Source: Elusimicrobia bacterium RIFOXYA2_FULL_39_19 | GTDB taxonomy: Bacteria > Elusimicrobiota > Endomicrobiia > CG1-02-37-114 > XYA2-FULL-39-19 | DNA length: 64,000 nt | Assembly (NCBI GenBank): GCA_001800285.1 | Contig: MGVC01000014.1 | Coordinates: forward strand, 1,756 to 65,755 | Direction: 5' to 3' | Part shown: piece after piece, positions 12,901 through 21,900 of the stretch | Layout of the letters: every line of letters begins with the position of its first letter | Numbering within the stretch: position 1 is the first letter of the stretch | Notes under the pieces: generated by a model | Database searches by the model: none | What the model was told of the DNA's origin: nothing | What the model saw: only the letters and a program-made list of their open reading frames with translations | Made by a program: the position numbers and the translations under genes

Positions 12901-15900
12901 CCAGTTTGCTGATTCGTTTATTACTGTTATGTTGCTTGTTGTAAAATTATCTGTTGAACGGATAATACCGTAACGGGTATAATCCGGGTTTCCGTTTTTA
13001 TACCAGTTAACAACTATGCTGAATGTAGTTACGTTATTTAAGTAAGAACCAGTTGCAGGGTTTGCCAATGTTGGTTTTGGGGTTGATATATCTGAAGGTG
13101 ATGATTGCTGGCCCTCCCTATTAACCGCTGTTACTCTTCCATAATAAGTAGTATTTACTGTAAGCCCTGTTATAGTAGTTGTACTTAAATAATTTACAGT
13201 AATGGAAGAATAATTTGTTGAAAAATCTGATGAAGTGGACACTTCTGTAATAAATACTGTATCTGGTGGATTAGCTACATCAGACCATACTATTTCAAGA
13301 GTATCAATTGAACTATTGCTTCCCCAGCCTGCTCCGCCGGGCATAGAACATAAAGTCGGTTTTGGAATTCCTGAATAAACATCAATTGATTTTTCGCTTC
13401 CTGCATGATTGCGTGCATAAAGTTTTCCATAATAAGATGTATTAGCCGTTAAACCGTTAAAACTTACAAAATTATCAGATTTAATTCCTGTTTTTTCCTG
13501 ATAAGACGACATATCAGAAGAAGTTGAAATTCTTCCAATGTAAACTGTATCATCCTGATTGTTTGTAGTATCACCGGTCCAATTAATTTGTATTGAAATT
13601 GCTGATACCCCGCTCCAGTTAGCAACATCCGGCGTTTCACAAGCTGATACTGCACTATTGCCTGATGCAACATTTGTTGTATTGCTTGGTATGCCTTCAC
13701 GGTTGATGGCACGAACCTGCATGAAATAAGTTGTATCAGGAACAAGGTTTGTTACTACTATGGTTCCGGAAGCTTTTGTACCCGTACTGGCTGTAACTGT
13801 TGAAAAATCTGCAGCTGTTGAAGCTTCAATGGAGTATAAGGTATCATCAGGATTTGATGAAGTATCAGTCTGGCTGATAGATATGTAATCTGAATTTATA
13901 ACTAAATAAGTAAAAGACCCTGCTGGCTGTTGGGTGTAAGTAGCTTTCCAGTTTTGTCCGGCAACGGAATAATACTGCTCATTGGCTTCACGGTTACGCG
14001 CAACCAGCCTGATGAAATAAGTTGTGTTTTCAGTTAAGGCTGTAACAGTTCCGGCCAAATCCAAACGCAGGCCAGAATATTGTTTTGTAATTGTGCTGAA
14101 GTTAGTGCTTGTGGCTGTCTGTACCAGATAAATTGTATTATCCGGGTTTGCCGGAACTTCAGATGTTCCCCAGTTTAAACCTATGGTTCCGGTAGATATA
14201 GTTCCATAGCTGGCAGCATCAGGTGCGGTGCAAAGGGTGGCCTTCCAGGTTTGAGGCAGCTGTGACAACACAGCAGAACCTGCCCAGTTGCGTGCTATTA
14301 ATCTGACGAAATAGGTTGTGTTTGGATTTAATGATGGTATTGTTACGTTTAAATCTGACCTCAGCCTTACAATTTCCGGTGAAGACAGGAACGAAAAACT
14401 TTCATCAGTTGAAGCCTGCAGTATGTACTGGGTATTATCCGGGTTTGCAGGAGATTCACCAGTTCCCCAGTTTACAATTATTGAATTATTGGTAACCGTG
14501 CCGTAACTGGTTATGTCCGGAGGCATGGCATCCGTTACTCTTAACGTGCCAACATCCGTTGAGTTGCCTACAGAAGCTCTGTTGTACGCTGTAACTTTTG
14601 CATAGTAAGATGTATTAGGTAAAATATTGTTTACTAACAACGTACTGCCGTTTCCGCCGCCGCTTCTGAAAGCAGAAGAACTGGTAACTACTGTTGAGAT
14701 ATCCGAAGAAGTACCGATGGTAACTATATAAACTGTATTATCAGGATTGCCTGTTGTGTCTGTCCAGTTTACTCTTAAGCTTGTAGCGCCTGACGAACCC
14801 CACGCCAAACCATTGGGCGCTTCACAAAGAGTGGCCTTACCATTACCTGAATCAAATGTGTTTTCAACCATAGTACCCATTCTGTTTGTGGCAATTAATT
14901 TTCCATAATAAGTTGTATTGATTAAAAGTCCTGTTACATTAAGAGTGCTGCTGGCTTTTGTACCTTCCTGTGTTTTTATGGTTGAGAAATCTGTTGATGA
15001 TGAAAGCACTGCGGTATAAATAGTATCTGCCGGGTTTGCTGTTGCATCCGCTGAAAAATCTACTATCATTGAATTTGACGCGGCCGTACCCCAGACAATA
15101 TTATCCGGCTGCTGGCATACGGTAGCGCTGGAATTTGGGATATTGTATATGGCTTCCACTCCGGCGCGGTTACGCGCTATCAGCCTGCCATAATATGTGG
15201 TATTAGGAGTCAAAGCTCCTACTCCCCAGCCTAATACAGATCTGGTTGTCTCGCCTTCTTTGGATATCGTGCTGAAATTTGCCGCAGTGGCTACCTGAAT
15301 AATATAAATCGTGCTTGAAGGATTTCCTGAGGCATCTCCATTCCAGTTAATATTATGCTGGACATCAGTGGTCAGGCTCCAGTTTGCGCTGGTAGGTGTT
15401 TCGCATAGAGTAACCCCGGTCCATACAAAGGTATAAGTGGTTAAAACATTATCATAATTTTTTGCGCTTATTCTAAACCAGTAAGTTGTGTTAATATTTA
15501 AACCGGTAAACATATAATAAGTGGTATTCTGCCAGGCACTGCTGTAATTATAAGGCCCGCCAATTGATTCTGATGAGGTTTCCGCAAGATATGAAGTTCC
15601 GGCTGGGTTGCTGTTTGTTGTCCAGTTAAGCATTATGGTGCCTGTAGTAATATCTGTTATGCCGTACAAACCAGGTACGTTACAAAGGGTATGGGTGCTT
15701 CCTAAGGGAGTATCAACCGTAGACATATTGTCTACGCTGACAGCTTTTACCTGGAAATAATATGTTACGTTTGGAGAGAGGGCGGCAAAATCTGCATAAT
15801 TGTTTTTTGTGATTGAAGATATTACTACCGGCCCGCCGATACTAATGCTTGAACATTCTGCCAGATAATTAGACCAGCCCGGGTTTGCCGGAGTACCCGT

Positions 15901-18900
15901 GAGCCAGTTTATTCTTAAAGCCTGGGATGTTATATTGCTTGCCGGACTTGGCGGCATACCGGGCACTGAGCAAAGAGTAGCTGTTGAAACCAGGTTAACC
16001 CAGCCCGTTTCTGTGTTTTCCAGGTTTCTTGCCTTGATGCGGAAATAATACTGGGTGTTTGGTACAAGAGTATTAGAAACTGTCCAGAATCCTGCGCCTG
16101 CTACCCAGCCGGTATTAACAGTGGCAGGTTGAAACCCGTATGAAACGGATGAACATTCCACGTAGTATTCTGTATACGGCGGGTTTGCACCGGTGGACCA
16201 ATAAACTGCCATGCTTGATACATAAACATTTGAAAATGAATAAACCGGCTGTTGCGCGTTAGTCCAGACAACTGATGAGCCCGATGAAGTTACCACACCG
16301 CCGGCATTTACCGCTGTTACATAGCACTGCCAGGAAGTATTGGGTGTAATATTTGTCTGTACCCAGCTTCCGTTAGAGCCGGTACCGCCTACTGCAGAAA
16401 TTGTATTTGTATCTGCAAGCATTATATAAGGAACAGAAGTGGCTGAATAAACCCTGAAACCAAGTTCGTTTGATGCATTATCTGTCCACTGCCAGGTGAT
16501 TGATGATGTATTAACCGCTGAAGCAATAAAGTTTACCGGTGATTGTACTTTTCCGCGCGCATTGCCGCCCATTGGGGCCGCCAGGCTTGCGCCTGTCCAA
16601 TGCGCCGCTTTAAGGTCAGAGTTGGTTACATCCAGATAAACTATATGCGCATCGCCATTACCATCTATTGAAAGCGAAGTATACTGCCCCGCATCATTTA
16701 ATGAATCAACCGTTGATATATCCCACTGTGATCCTGTAAATCTGGCAAACTTTAAATTACCTATACTGCTTTCATAATAGGCAATGACCGGGTTTTCAGA
16801 ACCGTCTAATGCAATAGATATATAACCGCCTACGTTTGAAGAATCAACAGTTGACACTGTCCAGGTACTGCCGGTGAATCTTGCATATTTGAGGTCATAA
16901 TTCACTGAATCCCAGTAAGCGATATGCGGATCACCTGAACCGCCTATTGCAAGAGCTGTGTATTGACCTACATTTCCATTGGCATCAATAGTGGAAGTGG
17001 ACCATTGCAAGCCATCATAGCTTGCATATTTCAGGTCACCGTCTGTTGAGAAGTAATGCGAAATATGGGCATTGCCCTGGGCATCAATTGCCAGGGAGCT
17101 ATTTGTACCGCAACTGTGTAAAGAATCTGCCGTGTGCGTTGACCAGTTTACACCATCGTATTTTGCAAATTTAAGATATTGGAAACCTACATAATCATGC
17201 CAGTATGAAATATTGGGGTTACCCTTTGGGTCAATGGCTATAGATGTCTGAGCACCGTTTATGTCCATAGAATCAATGGTATAAGTTGACCAGGCAACAC
17301 CATTATACTTTGCGTATTTCAAATCAAAATTGTCATCATCAACATAAGAGACATGCGGGTTATTATTAACATCAACGGCAATAGAAAAATAACTCTTTGA
17401 CATGCCCGGGTCAATTTCTACAGAGCCTCCCCAGGAAATACCGGTACGTTTATTATAAAACAGGGAGCCGGCAATATTTCTATAAACTGCGTGTATGTTA
17501 TTGCTTTTGTCAATTGCCTGAGACACGTACTGTCCCAGGGTTTGGCCGGCGCCGTCTACCGTCTCAAAAGTAAACGGTGAATTATATGCGTTTGGGGAAG
17601 AAGAAATCACAGACCAGTTGTTTGATTCATCTTTGGTCCAGACTCTGAAATAATATTCCGCATTAAGAGGAAGCGCTACGCTTACAGTAACTCTGGTGCC
17701 AGGGGTAACCGCTGAGGTTGAAAGAGAAACAGCAACAGAAGTTGACCAGGTTACGCCGGTCCAGGTGGAATATTGGATTCTGTATTCAGACCCTGAAGCC
17801 AGAGTATTAGAATACCCGTTATCCCCTGGTGTCATCCAGGAAAGTTTTATTGTATTGGCTGTACCGCTCTGGTATGCTTCCAGTGTTGTTATCTGACCGG
17901 GGGCCTGCGTATCTATATAAACGGTATATTTCACAGACGATATCTCTTCGTTGCCTATATCATCTGTGCCGAAAACATAAATTAAGTTTTCATTATCAGA
18001 CTGCCAGTCTACATTTTCAGATGATTTCCAAACGGTGTAATTGGGCTGGGCCGGATTGTCGGGTATACAGTCGCGCGTAGAAACCGTAACTATCCAGCTA
18101 ACCCCGTTCCAGTATTTATTTGTGGTATTATCAAAAATTACCATTTTCACAGAACCGGATTTTGCAAGGGAGGTTGATACGCCCACCATGTAGGCACCCG
18201 CAGTTATATCTGCCACGGTACCGCTGATAGTTGGCAGTGAATTTAAATAAGTGCCTGTAGGGAATGTCACAAAAGTTTCCGGAGCTTCGTTATCATAAAT
18301 GAAAGTATTTGAAGAAGTGCCGGCTGTAAAAACTGTCTGGTCATTTTCTGCATTATCTATTGCCATTGCAATGATGGTATATTCACTGCCGGTAGTTTTA
18401 TTTGCGTCACTAAAATTATAGGACCAGCTGGAACCCGCCAGTGAGAAATTAACTGGCTCTCCTGCAGTGGAGGTAGTAAGCCATATTTCCGCACCCCACC
18501 CGCTGCCTGTCCAGAACTGGCCGTCACTTCTTCTGATTTTTAAGTTTACAGTAGAAACCGTACCGGGTGATTTATCATTAAACGTTCCGGTGATTGATGC
18601 CAACTGTCCGCCCTTGTATGGCTGGGAATTCACAGGTATAGCAATAGTGGCCGTAGGCTTGGTAACATCGTAATAGAATGACGAAACCGGAGAAGTATCG
18701 CCATTATTGTTTGCCGCATCTATGGCACGAACAGCCAACTGTATCTGATGACCTTCGGGCCAGGTAATGCCGGAAGCATCATAAGTCCAAATTTCGTTGG
18801 TTGAGTTAAAGGTACCATCTTGCGCAGAAACATAAACCCAGGTAGAAAAATCAACCCAGGCAGAACCATTATAATAGGTAGCAGGATACACCAAGTCTTT

Positions 18901-21900
18901 TATTTCAAGCAGAACATCCTGAATTCTTACGTTATCAATAGAAGTTCCTGTTATGGAAGTAAGGGCTTTATAGGAAGCAGAATTTGCCGGATAGCTTACC
19001 AGAGCTATAGGCGTGCTGATATCAAACACAAAATTTGCAGTGGCATAAACGGTTGAATAATTGCTGGAACTATCTTTTGACCTGGCAACAGCCTGATAAC
19101 TAAAACCGCTTTCAAAAGAAATTACTGAACTATTAAAATCCCAGGCGCTATACGGCTGATTTACGTTATACCAGTTTGAACCAGAAGCGAAAGACGAACC
19201 ATTCCATTCATAACCATCTGCAACACGTACAAATTTAATTTCTGTCTGAGTTACAAGCACATTATCCTGCGCCTGGCCCTGGGTAGAGTTTAATTCTTTT
19301 GTGTAAGAATTATTTGCCGGCGTAGATATTGAAATTGTTGGCGGGGTAAGGTCTTTCTGGGTTTTTGTAGAAGTTGTTACTGAAAATACCGAATCAATGG
19401 AAACACCATTTTTAGCCCTGCCTCTAAAGTAATAATTAGTATCGCCGTCTAAACCATTAAACGTTGTAGTATTACCTGTAAAATTCAGGCCAAACGGTAT
19501 GGGCGTGGATATGTCATTAACAAAATTATCTGATGAAAAAGATATTTCATAAGGAGTTCCATCAGGATTACTATTTTTGCTCCAAGTAAAAGTAATTGAA
19601 GAAAATCCTATATAATTCCAAATCATTGCATCTAAATCCGGGGGGTTGGCAAGTGTATATTGTCCGTTTGAAGGAGCATCTTTTGTACCTAACGGATTGT
19701 ATGTCTGAACATATCTTGAATATGTAGTATTTGGCATGAGATTGGACTCAATAAAATATGTTGTGTTGGATTGAACTGTTCCAATAATACCGCCTGTAGA
19801 AGCAAATACTTTATAGAGCTGCTCATCATCTGCCATGTCAGTCCAGCCCCATTCAATTGAAGCAGCAGATTTTGCGGTTCCCATAAAACCAGCCGCTTGT
19901 GCAAGGATATCATGAATCCAAAACGTTACATTGTTAGGATCTTTTTCATAAGCTATGCCGAAATGCCCGCCGGCAGAATAGGGCATGGCTACATAACCCG
20001 GATATACAAGATTCGGCACATAAACATTTGAGCTTACTGTTGCATCAAAACTGAAATTCGGGAATGTATAGTTAGAAGTGCCGTTTTGCAGCAGAGTCAA
20101 TGCTGATTTGCCGTATTCGCAATTGGTGAATGTTACTGAACTAAAGGCCTGCAGGAAAGAACCGTCAGCTACCGTTATTCCCCTGGAATGGTCCAAGCTT
20201 AAAGCGGTTATGTTAACAGAACCGCCGTTTACGTCAAAGTTAAAATAATTTGTTGAAGCGGTGGAGGTGATAACATCAAGCAATGAATCCGTTTTTACTA
20301 AACCGCCGGGGTACACTGTCAACCCGTCGCCAAGTTCCACAATGCCGGAATTGGAATTTGTCATATCCAGCACACCGCTGTCATTTATATTTACCGGGCC
20401 TACTGCATTGAAAGTTCCTGTTTTTACGTTAAAATTACTGTTTATGTTGCTATATTGAATAACAGTGAGCTTATTGTTGAGCTCAATTTTACCGGAATTA
20501 AACTGAAAATATTTATTAGCCTTTACCGGTTGATTTATTACCAGTTCCTGGCCGGTATTTTTATTTACCTGCACTGAATCAAATACAATGGTTTTTATAC
20601 CGTTAACAGCTGAACTGCTTCCGGCAAACACAAAGGTAGAACCATAAACCGTAAAATCACCGTTTGTATCTAAAGAAACATTGCCGTTTGAAAGGGTTAC
20701 TTTTTTATTGGCAAAATCAAACCAGCCGGTGGTAACCAAAAGCTCTCCTGTAATTTCCAGGTCATTAACTGTGGATACGGCCCAGGTGGAAAGCGACTTA
20801 TTTATATACAGTGATTTTATAGAATAATTAGCGGGCAAATTAAGGCTGACATTATTTTCGTTAATAAAACAGAGGTTCTGGACGTTTAAAACACCCGGAT
20901 TTATCAAGGTAATATTTCCATCAACATTGGTGTTGTTTGAAGTCTGGCGGAAAACGCCGTTTGAAACTGTCAGACTGCCTGTAATATTAATATCCGAAAG
21001 GATAGTTACCGTGCTTTGGTTTACTTTATTTATTTCCAGATTTGAAAAAGTATTAGAGGAATTATTAATTGTCTGATTTCCATTTTTATCTAATATCCAG
21101 GTTCCATTATTTGCAAAAACACCATTCCCCCCTGAATTATTGATATCTCCCCTGAAACTTATAGTTGAGCCGTTTGTGTTTAACCAGCCATAATAAAAAT
21201 TCAGGTTTCCGTTAATTTGAATACGTTTATCCTGTAAAAAAACATTTCTCGTATTAGAAACATCATTGTCAATAAATAAACTATAAAAAGTTGTTCCGGG
21301 CAGGACATTTATGTTTTGATTGTAGAAACTCTTATTTGAAAAGCAGATAGTACTGGTATTTGCCGAAAACATTCCTGCGGTATAGGTTAAATTGCCCTTA
21401 ACTGTTATACTGCTGGCATTTATATTAAAAATTCCGGTACTGATATTTAAGTCATCAATTATGATATTTGTATTTATGTTAACATTTGATGAATAGCCGT
21501 CCTGAATAGAAAATGTGGAAAAGGCAACATTTGAAGGCAAGTCCCAGTCACAATATTTGGTTGGATTAATTGAACCAAAGATTACCGAATCCCCTGATGA
21601 AGGAACTATATCACCTACCCAGTTTAAATTATTGCTTGCAAAATTATCCGCCCCGCCCCCATCCCAGGTATGAACTGTCATATCGGCAGTATAAGTAGTA
21701 GCCGAATTTGAAAGTTCTGACCAATTACCGGCTTTATCCTGGGTCCAGGCTCTGAGATAATATGTAGTTTTTTCAAGCAGATTTGTTACTCTCCAAATCT
21801 GAGGTTCCCCAAAACTTACATTTGCAGTAGATATGGTTATCTGGGCGCTTGTTACGCTCCAGGTTAGGTTTGCGGTATAACTTGCATGCTGAATATTGAA

